Below, piece by piece: positions 36,705-46,913 of a stretch of 64,000 bases of DNA. A program made the translations under genes and the position numbers. The notes below the pieces were generated by a model, which was not told where the DNA came from, ran no database searches, and worked only from the letters and a program-made list of their open reading frames with translations. Source of the stretch: an uncultured bacterium (GTDB taxonomy: Bacteria; Acidobacteriota; Aminicenantia; Aminicenantales; Saccharicenantaceae); assembly GCA_963743755.1 (NCBI GenBank), contig CAVUQU010000003.1, positions 251,326-315,325 of the forward strand. The letters are read 5' to 3'. Within the stretch, counting starts at the first letter, position 1. Every line of letters starts with the position of its first letter.

Positions 36705-38807
36705 TCACTCGATGATGCGGTAGGTCACGCCCTCGAAAACAACGATCAGCTTATCCGACAGAGAGAGATACTTGGCCAGGCCGGGCTTGGCGGCGATGAG
36801 GCGGTAGAGCTCGTCGGAGTCGAATACGATCTCGGTAACGGACGAGCCTTCCTTGTATTCGCTGTCGGTCCAGACCCCGTCCTTGAGGTAGAAGGTCTTG
36901 TCGTCTTTATAAAGGATGCGCTCCGAGACGACCTGGGCGGCCCGGTCTTCGTGCTTGAAGACCTGGGTCGCCTTGGCCGCCCTGACTGCCCCGACGCCCA
37001 TCACCTGACCCGTGGCGATGGCTTCCCGCGCGGCCGGCGTTGCGGCGTCAAGGGTCATCTGTTCCCTCTCCGTGACGAGGAACGACGTGTACGGCGTGAC
37101 GATGCCGTATTTCAAGCCCAGGCGCCGGATCTCCTCGACGAGCTCCGGGTTGGAGCCGCGGAGGCGGATCTCCTCGAGCAGGTAGCCGATGCGGCGCGTC
37201 GCCCAGAGCCGGGGCAGGAAATCGTACCGTTCGCCGGTCTCCGTCTTTATGTTCTCGAGGACGAAGCGCTTCTCCTGCCGCCCGCTCCGGCCGGTGAGCA
37301 CGGCCCTCAGTGGTCCTCTCCCCCGGTACCGGCCGACGAGAACGAGCTGGGAGCCCTTGAACAGGTCGGGCAGGGAGCGCGGATAGACCTGGCTCGTCTC
37401 GACGCCCGGAAAGTCCACGGCGAGGTCGGATAGGAGCGGCGAGGAGATCTTCTCGTAGAAGCCCGACAGGGACCGCTCGAGGTCCTCGGTCTCGCCGATG
37501 TAGACCGAGGTCCCCCGGTGGTCCGAGGAGAGCCGGTCCAGGAGCTCCGTGTTGACGTCGTCGCCGACGCCGAAGACGAAGATCCGCGACCGCAGCGCGT
37601 TGGCCCGTTCGACGTTCCTCAGGATGTCGGCCGTGTCCGTCGTCCCCGCGGTCGGAAGGCCGTCGGTGAGGAAGAGGACGTAGCCGGGACGGTCGCCGTT
37701 ACGCATCCGGGCGAGGGCCGCGAGGAGGGCGTCGTTGATGTTCGTACCGCCGGTATCCTCGATGGCGTCCACGAACTTCAGCGCTTTGCCGACGTTCTCC
37801 GCCGTGGCCGGAACGAGTCCGTCCGAGAAAGCCGTAACGCCGTCGTCGAAATCGACCAGCGTGAACTCGTCCCCCGCGCCGAGGTGGTTGAGGACGAACC
37901 GGGCCGCCTCCCGGGCCTGGCGCATCTTGGTGCCGCTCATGCTGCCCGAGCTGTCGAGCACGAGGACGATGTTCTTGGCGACGACCTTCTCGCCGGGTGC
38001 AGCGAAGCGCGGCGCGGCCAAGAACATGAAATAGCCGCCGTCGTCGCTCTCCCAGCTCAGGAAGGACAGGCCCACGTCGTCCTTCGAAAGCGAGTAGTAG
38101 ACGAGGAAGTCTTTGTCCGGGCGGACGTCTCTGGCCTCGTAGCCGACGAGGGCGCTCCCCGCGGCGTCCTTGCGCACGGAGACCTTGTGGGAGGGCGAGT
38201 AGACGTTGACGATGGGGACCGGGCTCGAGATCCGAACCGAGATGCCGACGTCCCCGAGCGGATCGCGCGAGAACTTCTCGGTGTTCAGCGGGTAGAGGTA
38301 CTTGACGAGGCCGTTCTCGGCTTTGAGGACTTCGGTATAGGAGATCTGGACGCGCTTTTCGCCGCGGGCCGGGATGGGGTAGATCCGGGCCCGGAAGAGG
38401 TTGCGGCCGATGTACTCGAGCAGGCCCGGGTCCTTCATCCTGCGGACGATGCCCTCGTAGATCCGCCGGGCCTCGGCGCTTTCCAGGATCTCGCCGCGGA
38501 CCCTCTCGTTGCCGATGAACATGGCGAAATCTGAGACGGACGCGCCTTCGGGAATGGGGAAGATGTAAGTCCCCTCGATGTCCCGGTCGGAGGGATTGAC
38601 GAAGACCTGGTCCACCGACGTCCGGGCCACTTGGCCGGAGATCTCGACCTTGACCCGGTGATACTTGACGCTGAGAGGCGGCACGCGCTCGCCGGGCCGG
38701 CGATCGGGGATGATGAACCCGTCCGCCCGGAGCGACGGCACGGCGGCCGCCGCGAGGACCAGGCCGGTGAGGATGATCAGGCTTTTCAGGGACCCTTGGC
38801 GGTTCAT
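36705..38807 (-). CDS. secreted VIT + von Willebrand A domain protein
   Basis: Start ATG 38807 (MNRQGSLKSLIILTGLVLAAAAVPSLRA) with SD GAGGAGGA. VIT-like N-terminal domain and vWA MIDAS DSSGSMSG. The upstream part of track ORF 36705-39062 overlaps the HAD gene out of frame. Confidence 0.85.
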   Translation of the reverse strand: MNRQGSLKSLIILTGLVLAAAAVPSLRADGFIIPDRRPGERVPPLSVKYHRVKVEISGQVARTSVDQVFVNPSDRDIEGTYIFPIPEGASVSDFAMFIGNERVRGEILESAEARRIYEGIVRRMKDPGLLEYIGRNLFRARIYPIPARGEKRVQISYTEVLKAENGLVKYLYPLNTEKFSRDPLGDVGISVRISSPVPIVNVYSPSHKVSVRKDAAGSALVGYEARDVRPDKDFLVYYSLSKDDVGLSFLSWESDDGGYFMFLAAPRFAAPGEKVVAKNIVLVLDSSGSMSGTKMRQAREAARFVLNHLGAGDEFTLVDFDDGVTAFSDGLVPATAENVGKALKFVDAIEDTGGTNINDALLAALARMRNGDRPGYVLFLTDGLPTAGTTDTADILRNVERANALRSRIFVFGVGDDVNTELLDRLSSDHRGTSVYIGETEDLERSLSGFYEKISSPLLSDLAVDFPGVETSQVYPRSLPDLFKGSQLVLVGRYRGRGPLRAVLTGRSGRQEKRFVLENIKTETGERYDFLPRLWATRRIGYLLEEIRLRGSNPELVEEIRRLGLKYGIVTPYTSFLVTEREQMTLDAATPAAREAIATGQVMGVGAVRAAKATQVFKHEDRAAQVVSERILYKDDKTFYLKDGVWTDSEYKEGSSVTEIVFDSDELYRLIAAKPGLAKYLSLSDKLIVVFEGVTYRIIE

Positions 38808-38895
38808 TGTCTTCCTCCTCGAGAACGTCCCGACGACGTCCTCCATCCCTACTACAACGGAAACCCGCCGTTTGTTCCATTCCCCCGGGCGGGGG

Positions 38896-39492
38896 TCAGG
38901 CGGCGAGGAGGGATTCGAGGCGGTCCCTGAGGAATTCCATGTCCGGGAAGACCTCGACGGGGAAGCCGGCGAACTGCTCGGGCTCGTCGGAAACGAGGAA
39001 GATGGCGCCGATCCCGGCGTCGAGGGCCGCCAGGACGTCGAAATGGGTGTCCCCGACGACACCGCACGTCCCGGGCTCCAGGCCCAGATTTTTCATCACG
39101 TCGCGGAAGGGGGCGCCGGACGGCTTCCACAGCCCGCTCTCCCGGGTGACGACGCAGTCGAACTCCAGCCCGAACTTTTCGAGGAGGAACTCGGTGTTCT
39201 TGCGCGAATTGTTGGTGACCAGGGCGGCGGCGATGCCGCGGGCCCGGAGCACGGCCAGGAGCTCGCGGACGCCCTCGCGCAGGATCGACGCCGCGGTCTG
39301 CTCCGCCTCGTGCGACTCGAGGATCGTCCACTTCGCCGCCCGCTCCGGCCCCTCGAGGGAATCGAGGTAAGCCAGGATGGAGGTCGCCCCCGTTCCGAGC
39401 TCCCTCCGGATCCGGACCCAGTCGTAGTCGTTCTCGACGACCGTGCCGTCGAGGTCGAAGATGACGCCCCGGAGATCCATCGGCCCGCTCAC
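38896..39492 (-). CDS. HAD-superfamily hydrolase (subfamily IA)
   Basis: Motif I FDLDGTV, motif II VTNN, motif IV VGDTHFDV. Start is GTG 39492 (overlapping the upstream stop) or ATG 39480. Confidence 0.8.
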   Translation of the reverse strand: MSGPMDLRGVIFDLDGTVVENDYDWVRIRRELGTGATSILAYLDSLEGPERAAKWTILESHEAEQTAASILREGVRELLAVLRARGIAAALVTNNSRKNTEFLLEKFGLEFDCVVTRESGLWKPSGAPFRDVMKNLGLEPGTCGVVGDTHFDVLAALDAGIGAIFLVSDEPEQFAGFPVEVFPDMEFLRDRLESLLAA

Positions 39493-40553
39493 TTCTCCTT
39501 GACCCGGCCGACCTCGAACAGGGGCTCGCCCTCGTTGCAGGGCGGCGTGCCGATGACATAGAGGAGGATGCCGGTGAACGGGGCCTTAACGTCCTCCTTC
39601 CAAGTCCCGAGATAGTCGGTGACGGTGCCCACGACCTGGCCCTGCCGGACGAAGGAACCCATCTCGACCCGGGGGGCGAAGAGGCCGCTCCAGCGGGAAT
39701 ACACGACTTCGTACTTGTCGATCCAGACCGGGTCCTGCGCCGGTTCGGGCTGGCCCGGGATCATGCCGAGATGTCTCATGACGCTCAGGACGCCATGGAC
39801 GTTGCGGGCCACCGACTCCTCGTCGGTACGGCCGAGGTAACCGGCCTCGGTGGTGATGGCCGGCTTGCCCCGGAGAATGGCCGTGTTGCCGAGGTATTTG
39901 GATTCCTTGAGGACGCTGCCGCGGGTCTCGTCGATGATGATGTGCGGCAGGCCGAAGGCCAGGGCCAGCTCCTTCGTCCTCGCGTCGAATCCTTTATCTC
40001 CGCTGATCATCCAATAGGTGTACGGGATGAGGGCTTCGTTGCCGTCCCCGCAGTGCATGTCGATGAGGACGTCGGCGCGCCCGACCACGTTCTCGTCGAG
40101 GGCGGCGGCGATCCGCTGACTCATCGTGCCGGCCGGGTCGCCGGGGAAGACGCGGTTGAGGTTCTTCCAGTCGTCCGGACCGTAGTAGATCGTCCGCTTC
40201 TTGAAGCTCGGCAGATTGGCGATGTGGACCATGAGGACGGTCCCCCGGAGCGACTTGGCGTCGATGAGGCCTTTCAGCCGGTAGAGGGCGAGGATGGGCG
40301 GGTATTCGTAAGCGTGGACTCCCGCGACGAGGGCCAGGACGGGGCCCTTTTTCGCCCCGTGGACGACCGTGTAGGGGATCTCGGTCGCGGCGCCCGCCCC
40401 GGCCGGGACGGCGAGATAGCCGGACTGGCTCGTGCCGCTCCGGATCCGCGCTCCGCCGAACACGAAGTCGTCGGCGGCCCCCGCCGAGGCGCAGGACGCG
40501 AGAACGAACAGCAGGCCAAGCCCACTCGCGAGTTTCCGTGGTCCGATCGACAT
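39489..40553 (-). CDS. succinylglutamate desuccinylase/aspartoacylase-family (M14-like) zinc deacylase, secreted
   Basis: Start ATG 40553 (MSIGPRKLASGLGLLFVLASCASAGA) with SD GGAGGAGG. Zinc-ligand context GVHAYEYP and DMHCG. Confidence 0.75.
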   Translation of the reverse strand: MSIGPRKLASGLGLLFVLASCASAGAADDFVFGGARIRSGTSQSGYLAVPAGAGAATEIPYTVVHGAKKGPVLALVAGVHAYEYPPILALYRLKGLIDAKSLRGTVLMVHIANLPSFKKRTIYYGPDDWKNLNRVFPGDPAGTMSQRIAAALDENVVGRADVLIDMHCGDGNEALIPYTYWMISGDKGFDARTKELALAFGLPHIIIDETRGSVLKESKYLGNTAILRGKPAITTEAGYLGRTDEESVARNVHGVLSVMRHLGMIPGQPEPAQDPVWIDKYEVVYSRWSGLFAPRVEMGSFVRQGQVVGTVTDYLGTWKEDVKAPFTGILLYVIGTPPCNEGEPLFEVGRVKEK

Positions 40554-40584
40554 GCGTCGCCTCCTCCGGTGAGTTTCCCCGGCT

Positions 40585-40590
40585 ATTCTA
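40585..40590 (-). promoter_or_regulatory. -10 box (TAGAAT) of deacylase-HAD operon
   Basis: Minus strand reads TAGAAT, followed by a 31-nt leader with SD. Confidence 0.35.
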
Positions 40591-40646
40591 ACGGAAGCAC
40601 CCGCCCTTTGCCAGAAGGGACTCGAGCGTCCCCCATTTCCAAGGCG

Positions 40647-40676
40647 TTGACCGGGGCGCGATTCCTTTGTTATAAT
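40647..40676 (+). promoter_or_regulatory. sigma70-like promoter of small membrane protein gene
   Basis: TTGACC (40647-40652) - 18 nt - TATAAT (40671-40676), with SD GGGAGG before ATG 40712. Confidence 0.6.
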
Positions 40677-40711
40677 CCGGCCAGGAACAAACTCGTTCGG
40701 GAGGAACACAC

Positions 40712-40945
40712 ATGGGTAAATTCGTCGCCGTCATCGGGGGCCTCGTGGCCATGGCCGGAGGACTGGCCCTAGTCATTTTCTCGCCCCTGTTCAGGTCCGC
40801 CCTCTATCACCTGATCCTGGGCTTCATCCCGCCGATCCTGTTCTTCGGCGGCTTCATCGGGCTCATCGCCGGCATCAGCAGCATCAAGGACGCCAAGCGG
40901 ACCAAGAAGCTCGAGCAGGAAGCCGAGCCCAAGAAGCCCGCGTAA
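40712..40945 (+). CDS. small membrane protein (77 aa, two TM helices, basic/acidic tail)
   Basis: Promoter and SD are present. TM segments VAVIGGLVAMAGGLALVIF and LILGFIPPILFFGGFIGLIAGI. Confidence 0.6.
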   Translation: MGKFVAVIGGLVAMAGGLALVIFSPLFRSALYHLILGFIPPILFFGGFIGLIAGISSIKDAKRTKKLEQEAEPKKPA

Positions 40946-40958
40946 GACCAACACCGGC

Positions 40959-40974
40959 CGCCCCCGCGGGGGCG
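40959..40974 (+). terminator. GC-rich hairpin after small membrane protein gene (weak terminator candidate)
   Basis: CGCCCCC-GC-GGGGGCG palindrome 14 nt after the stop. The following tract (TCATTCCTT) is only weakly U-rich. Confidence 0.3.
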
Positions 40975-40981
40975 TCATTCC

Positions 40982-41011
40982 TTGCCTGTCCGGAAACGGC
41001 TGTGCTAAGAT
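40982..41011 (+). promoter_or_regulatory. candidate promoter of DUF4783-like/kinase operon
   Basis: TTGCCT (40982-40987) - 18 nt - TAAGAT (41006-41011) - 12 nt - GTG 41024. Confidence 0.45.
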
Positions 41012-41023
41012 GGTGACGCCAAC

Positions 41024-41470
41024 GTGGTCAATATCCATATCTTCTCGCTGTCCCTTCTTCTGTCCCTGCCCCTGCCGCTGGCCCAAAGGATCGAGACGGC
41101 TTTCCTTCAGAACTCCCCGGCCTTGCTCGGCGAGCTCCTGACGGACGAGGGCGCGATCCCCGTTTCCCTGCCCGAGCCGCTGGGCCTCGCCGACCAGCTC
41201 TCCCCGGACCAGGCGACCCTGGTCTTCAGGCGTATCTTTTCGGTCTTCCGGACGACCGAGTTCACGACAGAGCCGCGGCTTTCGGCCCTGCCCGGCGTCG
41301 CGGGCGGCATCCTCAAGGCCCGCTGGTCGTTCCGGAACGACCGGACGGGCAACCGCTACCCCTTTCGCGTCTACTTCTTCATCGCCCCGATGCGCCGTGG
41401 ATCCGGACCGGGCGCGTCCGGCCCGGGAATGGCATTGCGGATCGTCGAGATCCGTGCGGAGAGGCTGTGA
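41024..41470 (+). CDS. small secreted protein (tentatively DUF4783-like)
   Basis: 148 aa with signal-like N-terminus IFSLSLLLSLPLPLA. Stop overlaps the kinase start (GTGA). The family call is tentative and from pattern memory. Confidence 0.5.
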   Translation: MVNIHIFSLSLLLSLPLPLAQRIETAFLQNSPALLGELLTDEGAIPVSLPEPLGLADQLSPDQATLVFRRIFSVFRTTEFTTEPRLSALPGVAGGILKARWSFRNDRTGNRYPFRVYFFIAPMRRGSGPGASGPGMALRIVEIRAERL

Positions 41471-44400
41471 GGGCCGCGGGCCGCATCCGGTCGCGCCGGG
41501 CTTTGCTCATCGCGAGCGTCGCGGCGGCCGCCCTCGCTCTCGTCGTCGGGGCCCTGTCCGTCACGCTGCCGGGATTCCTCTCCCGGGACTACGACGCGAA
41601 GAGCCTGGTCTCGCTCCGCCGGGAGGCCGCGCGGACGCGCGATTCCTACGCTTCTTTGGCGGCCGGCCTCGAAGCCCGGGCGGCTCGCTTCGCCGGCACG
41701 GCGCTTCCCGCCGAGCCCGCGGACTTCTTCCCCCTCTTCCGCGACGCCGGGCTCGAGACCGGGACCGAGGGCATCGCCCTCGCCAACAGCGACGGCTTCG
41801 TCGAAGTCTGGTACGGCGACGTCCTCAGCCTCTCGGACCAGATCGCGGACCGGCCCGACCTCGAACGTGTGAAAGCCGAGCGAGGCGCGTTCCTGATCCG
41901 GAACGAAGCCGGGACCACTTACTATCTCACCCTCCTCCAGCCCCTGGGCGACGGCAGCCGCATGCTGGCCCACTTCGCCCGGCTGGCGTTCGTGCCCCAG
42001 GTCCGGTCGTCGTACATCCGGGAGTATCACGCCGTAAGACCGGTCCTGCGCTCCGAGTCCGACATCAGCTACTATGATTTCCGGGAATCCGTCGAGGGGT
42101 TCGACAAATTCTTCGCCCTGCACGAGGACGAGTTCGTCGGCGAACCGAGGCCCAAGAACGGGATCCAGACGCTCTTCTTCCCCATCCGGAACGAGAGCGG
42201 CCGGATCGTCGCCACGATCACGCTGGCCTCGCCCTCCCTGACCTCCCGGCTGACGTCGTGGCGCGAGGATCTCCGCCTCGTCCTCCTCCTCCTTCTCCTC
42301 GCGGCGGGACTCGCGGCCCTGGCCTTCTTCTGGTCGTCGCCCGGGTTCCGCATCGGCCGGGACGCCCTCTCCGGTACCGCGGGGGCCGCCGTTCTCGTCG
42401 GGCTCCGTCTCGTCGCCCTGCCCCTGGGTCAGCTGGAGAGGATCCAGGCCATCCGCCTCTTCGATCCGGCGGTGGCCGGCTTCGTCTCGTGGCAGGGAGT
42501 GACCGGGTCTCCGGCCGACATCTTCCTGACGGCCCTGACAGCCCTCGGACTGGCCGTATGTCTGGCCTTCTGTTCGTCGGGCCGGCGGAAGGGCGACGGA
42601 CGGACGCGCCCGTCCGTTCCGGGCGGGATCCTCGTCTCCGTCGCCGCCGCCGCCCTCGCCGCAGGCGCCCTCCTCGCCCTGCGCGAGATCGTCCGCCGGA
42701 TCGTTCTCAACTCCAACCTCTCCCTCCTCCGCTGGGACTTCGACTTCTCGCGGCTGGCCCTCCAGCTCGCGCTGTTCATGTTGCTGGTCGCCGTCCTCCT
42801 CGGCCTGGCCGTCGCTTTCCGGTTGGCTTTCCGGGGTCTCGGGACGGGTCTCCACGCCGTCCTGGCCGGCGTCCTGGGAGCGGCGGCCACCGTACTCGCC
42901 GGCCGGAGCCCTTCGCTCCCGCTCCTGGGCCTGAGCGCCGCCCTGATCGCCGGACTCGTCGCTGTCGCCGTCGTCCCCGGCCTCTCGCGCCGCCGGGAAG
43001 CCTGGTTCGCCGGCCTCGTCCTGGCCTCACTCTGGCTGTCCCTCAACGTCGACGGCCTCTCGACCGCCCGGACCCGCAGCCTGCTCGAAACGACCGTCGC
43101 TCACGCCGTCCAGACCCAGGAGACCTGGGGCAACTTCCTCATCGAGGAATCGCTGCCCGGAATCGACCGCAGCCGGGAACAGATCGTCGCCTTCTTCAAG
43201 GATCCCCGGGACCGCGAGCTCGCCCGCACGCTCTGGCAGAGGACCCCCGTCGCGAAATCGAATTGGAACTCGAGCCTCGAGATCCGCGACGCCGAGGGCG
43301 GCACGCTCAGCCGTTTCTCGCTCAACGTCCCCCGGGGGTTGGGCCGTCCCCCCGACCTCGGGCAGGCCTCGGACTGGACCATCGTGCCCTATCCCCTGAC
43401 GTTCATCGGAATGGAGAAGGAATTCCTCATCGGATACAGGGATTACTCGGAGAACGGCGTGCCGCTCGGGCGCGTCGTCCTCTACGTCTCCATCGACCCG
43501 GAGATGCTCCCGTTCCTGTACTCCGCGAATCCCTATTTCGAGGTCCTCCGGACGGACTCCCTGCCCTCGCTCGGCGAGGTGGATTTCGGCTGCGAGATCT
43601 TCGACCTCGACGGCCGCTCGCTCTTCAATCCCCGCCGGCTGACCGCCGGCCTCGCGGACGCCGATCGGGAGCGGCTGGCCGCCGGCTCGCCCCCGTTCTG
43701 GTCGGAGTTCCGGGACAAGGACACGGTCCACGACGCCTACCTCTTCCGCTCCGGCGAACGCTGCTACAGCCTCTTCACGCCGCGAAAACACCTCCGGACC
43801 AGGGTCGTCGATTTCCTGAGGTTCTTCTTCCTCGGCCTGGCCGCGGTCCTGCTCGTCCTGCTCGTCGTCACCCTCGTTTCCGGAAAGGCTTCGCTCCGCA
43901 ATCCCCTCTGGTCCTTCTCCAACCGCGTCTACGCGTCCTTCCTGGCCGTGACCCTGGTCCCGCTCCTGCTCTACACGGTCTTCACCCGGAATCTGTTCGA
44001 CAGCCTGTTCACGGAGCGCTTCGTCGAGGAGTCGGCCGTGCATTCGAGCTACGCCCAGGGCCTCATGGAGGCCTTTCTCTTCATCAAGGGCGAGGCCTCG
44101 CCGTATCTCGCGCCCGGAGAGGACCTGGCCCTCTGGATCAGCGAGACCCTGTCGAACGACGTCATCATCTACAAGGACGGCCGTGCTGCTGGCCTCGAGC
44201 CGGCGCGAGTTCTTCGACACCGGACTGCTGCCCGAGCTCCTCGACGGAGAGGCCTTCCAGGCTCTCTTCTACGACCGCAAGCCCTTCTTCATCCAGCGGA
44301 CGCGGCTCGGGGATTACTCCTTCCAGACCCTGACCGTGCCCTACGACTACGGAACGTGACGCTCTTCATCTCCCTGCCCTTCCCCTTCGAGAAGCAGCAG

Positions 44401-45353
44401 GCTGACCGCCGCCACGCCGAACATCGTCGAGTTCCTCGTCCTCCTCTCGCTTGTCTTCGTCGCCGCTGGTCGTCGCTCTTCTCCCGGAGCATCCGAGCAT
44501 GATCATCGTCCCCGTCCGGAAGCTCCTGGCCGGGACACGCGCGAGGTCGGCCTGGGCAACCTCGAGGTCACGATCGAGCACCGGTCGCGCGACGAGATGA
44601 TGACCCTCATCGACGGCTTCAACACGATGGTCGCGGAACCTCCGGGCCCACGAGCAGGAGCTGGCCGAGATGGGCAAGAAGGTCGCCTGGACGGAGATGG
44701 CCCGCAAGGTCGCCCACGAGATCAAGAACCCGCTGACGCCCATCCAGCTTGTCGGCCGAGCACATCCTCAGGGTCTACGAGGACCGGCGCGGCGACTTCG
44801 ACACGGCCCTCCGGGAGTCGATGTCCTACATCGTCGGCGAGGTCGAGAACCTCCGGCGGATCGCCCAGGAGTTCATGGAGATCGCCCGCGACACGACCGT
44901 CCGCAAGGAGCCGGCTCGACCTCGCGGGAGATCGTCGAGGAAATCGCTCGAACCCTACCGGCGCCTGCTGGCCGAGCGCATCCGCTTCAAGGTCGTCGCC
45001 GAGGGCACGGGATTTCCGGCCTCATCGGCGACCCGTCCAAGCTCCGGACCGGCCTTCCGCAACATCGTCGCCAACGCCGTCGAGGCCATCGGCACCCGCG
45101 GCGAGATGGCCGTGACGTCGGGCGCGCCGGAACGGCGTCACGACCGTCACCGTCCGGGACGACGGGCCGGGTATGAGCCCCGAGACGGTCCGACAAGATC
45201 TTCGAGCTCTATTTCTCGACCAAGGACGCCGGCACCGGGCTCGGCCTGCCGATCACCAAGAAGATCGTCGAGGACCACGGCGGGACGATCCGCGTCGCCA
45301 GCGCGCCGGGGCAAGGCACGACGGTGACGATCGAGCTCCCGGCCGGCGGCTGA
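41467..45353 (+). pseudogene. NtrY-like sensor histidine kinase with about 950-aa multi-TM/periplasmic N-terminal sensor; at least 14 frame breaks in the last 1.2 kb
   Basis: ORF 41467-44502 is clean to about 44180. HAMP (..IIVPVRKLLAGTR..GLGNLEVTIEHRSRDEMMTLIDGFNTMVAE), H-box (AHEIKNPLTPIQLSAEHI), N-box (FRNIVANAVEA), G1 (VRDDGPGM) and G2 ([20 protein letters not shown]) are recovered only by hopping frames near 44183, 44355, 44401, 44464, 44540, 44639, 44750, 44914, 44924, 44947, 45017, 45051, 45130 and 45191. Stop TGA at 45351-45353. Confidence 0.8.
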
Positions 45354-45377
45354 CCGTTGGCATTTCGGGCGGGATTC

Positions 45378-45386
45378 TGGCAGAAT
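45378..45386 (+). promoter_or_regulatory. extended -10 (TGgCAGAAT) ahead of flavodoxin-like gene
   Basis: TGGCAGAAT lies 26 nt upstream of ATG 45413. Confidence 0.35.
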
Positions 45387-45412
45387 AGCCGCAACGCGCC
45401 GTTTTCGAAAGG

Positions 45413-45938
45413 ATGACCGCGATGGCCAAGACGCTCGTCACCTACTTCTCCCGGACCGGGAACACCAAGCTCGTCGCCGAAGCCATCTTCGGCGCCCTGT
45501 CCGGCGACAAGGACCTGAAGCCGATGGCCGAAGCCGGGGACCTCGCCCCCTATCGGCTCGTTCTCGCGGGTTTTCCCGTCCAGATCCCACAGCGTTCCCT
45601 ATCCGGCCGAGGTGTTCCTCAAGACCGTCCCCGAGGGCCGGAACATCGCCCTCTTCTCCACGCACGGCTCGGTGACGGGCAGCCGGCTCTCGCGCGAGGC
45701 CCTCGAGTACGCCTCGGTCCTCGTGGCCAAGGCCCGGCTCGTCGGCACGTTCTCCTGCCGGGGCAAGGTCTCGATGAAGGCGCTCGAGGTCCTGATGCAG
45801 TCGCCCGAGCACGAGGCCTGGGCCGACATGGCCGCCACCGCGGCCACCCATCCCGACGGGAGCGACCTCGAAGACGCCCGGTCCTTCGCCCGCTGGATCC
45901 AGACCCTCGGCGCCCAGGGCCACTACCGCGGCCTGTGA
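45413..45938 (+). pseudogene. flavodoxin-family protein; one frame break
   Basis: N-terminus KTLVTYFSRTGNTKLVAEAI (FMN phosphate loop). Continues as HSVPYPAEVFLKTVPEGRNIALFSTHG.. in ORF 45612-45938. Junction at the C3 run 45586-45588. ATG 45422 is an alternative start. Confidence 0.75.
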
Positions 45939-45947
45939 GGCCCGGGT

Positions 45948-46913
45948 CTAGCGTTCCGCGGCCCGCGTCCTGACGAAGCCCGAAACGCCGAGTATCTCCA
46001 GCCGCTCCTCCTTCTCCACATCGTCGAGGAGCAGGTTCAGTCCGAGCGTGTCGCTCGAGATGTGGCCGGCCAGGACGATGTTGAGATGGGCCTTCTTGGC
46101 GTTCTCGAGCGCCTCCTCGCTGATGTGCATGCCGACGATCGTGCTCACCCCGGACGAGGCGTACTGCTCGTAGATCGTCCGGGCGCCTTCGGTCCCTCCC
46201 GTCATCTCCATGGAGATCCGGCCGCAGTGTCCGTTCTCCGAGCCGCTGACGATCCGGGGCCCGGCCATCCTCCGGACCGCGGCCCGGTACTCCGGGATCG
46301 TCTTCAGCAGGGCGATCAGGTCCTTGAGCCGGGACGGCTTCTCCCTCTCGAAGAGGGCCGCGAGGTAGGTGTTGACGCAGTTGTCGGCGGGCGTGTGGAC
46401 GCACATCATCGGCAGGCCGAGCAGGCGGGCCGCGTCCACGGCCCGGTTGTGGTTCCCGGGCAGGACGCGCCTGCCGACCTCGTCGATGCGCTTGTCCAGG
46501 AGCTGTTCGGCGACGGCGATATTGACGCCGTGGGCGGCCAGCATATCGGACTGGAGGCGCATGACGTCGGAGAGCTGGGCCAGGGCCACGCCCTGGGGAT
46601 GGTGGGCGAGGACGAGATCGATATCCGCGGCCCGGTCCCGGTTGAGGGTGTGGGCGAGGAGGACCTCGGCGACGTCCATGTCGATGCCGACGAGGGCCTT
46701 GCGGACCTCCGTCGCCGGGTCGCCGGCGAGGAGCCGGGTGTCGGCGTAGGGATTGAACAGGCGGTCCTCCTCCCAGCCGTCCCGCTCGTCGTCCTTGAGC
46801 TTTTTCGAGTCCGTCCGTGCGTCGTCGAGGACCCGGCGGACCTCCTCCGGTCCCCTGGGGTCGTTGGCGATGCCGACGGCGACGGCTTTCCTGTAGAGCT
46901 GTTCGAGCTTCAT
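45948..46913 (-). CDS. NIF3-family (DUF34) dinuclear metal-centre protein
   Basis: 321 aa with conserved His/Asp contexts LVLAHHP, MCVHTPADN and VLAGHISSD. ATGA overlap with the upstream gene. Confidence 0.8.
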   Translation of the reverse strand: MKLEQLYRKAVAVGIANDPRGPEEVRRVLDDARTDSKKLKDDERDGWEEDRLFNPYADTRLLAGDPATEVRKALVGIDMDVAEVLLAHTLNRDRAADIDLVLAHHPQGVALAQLSDVMRLQSDMLAAHGVNIAVAEQLLDKRIDEVGRRVLPGNHNRAVDAARLLGLPMMCVHTPADNCVNTYLAALFEREKPSRLKDLIALLKTIPEYRAAVRRMAGPRIVSGSENGHCGRISMEMTGGTEGARTIYEQYASSGVSTIVGMHISEEALENAKKAHLNIVLAGHISSDTLGLNLLLDDVEKEERLEILGVSGFVRTRAAER

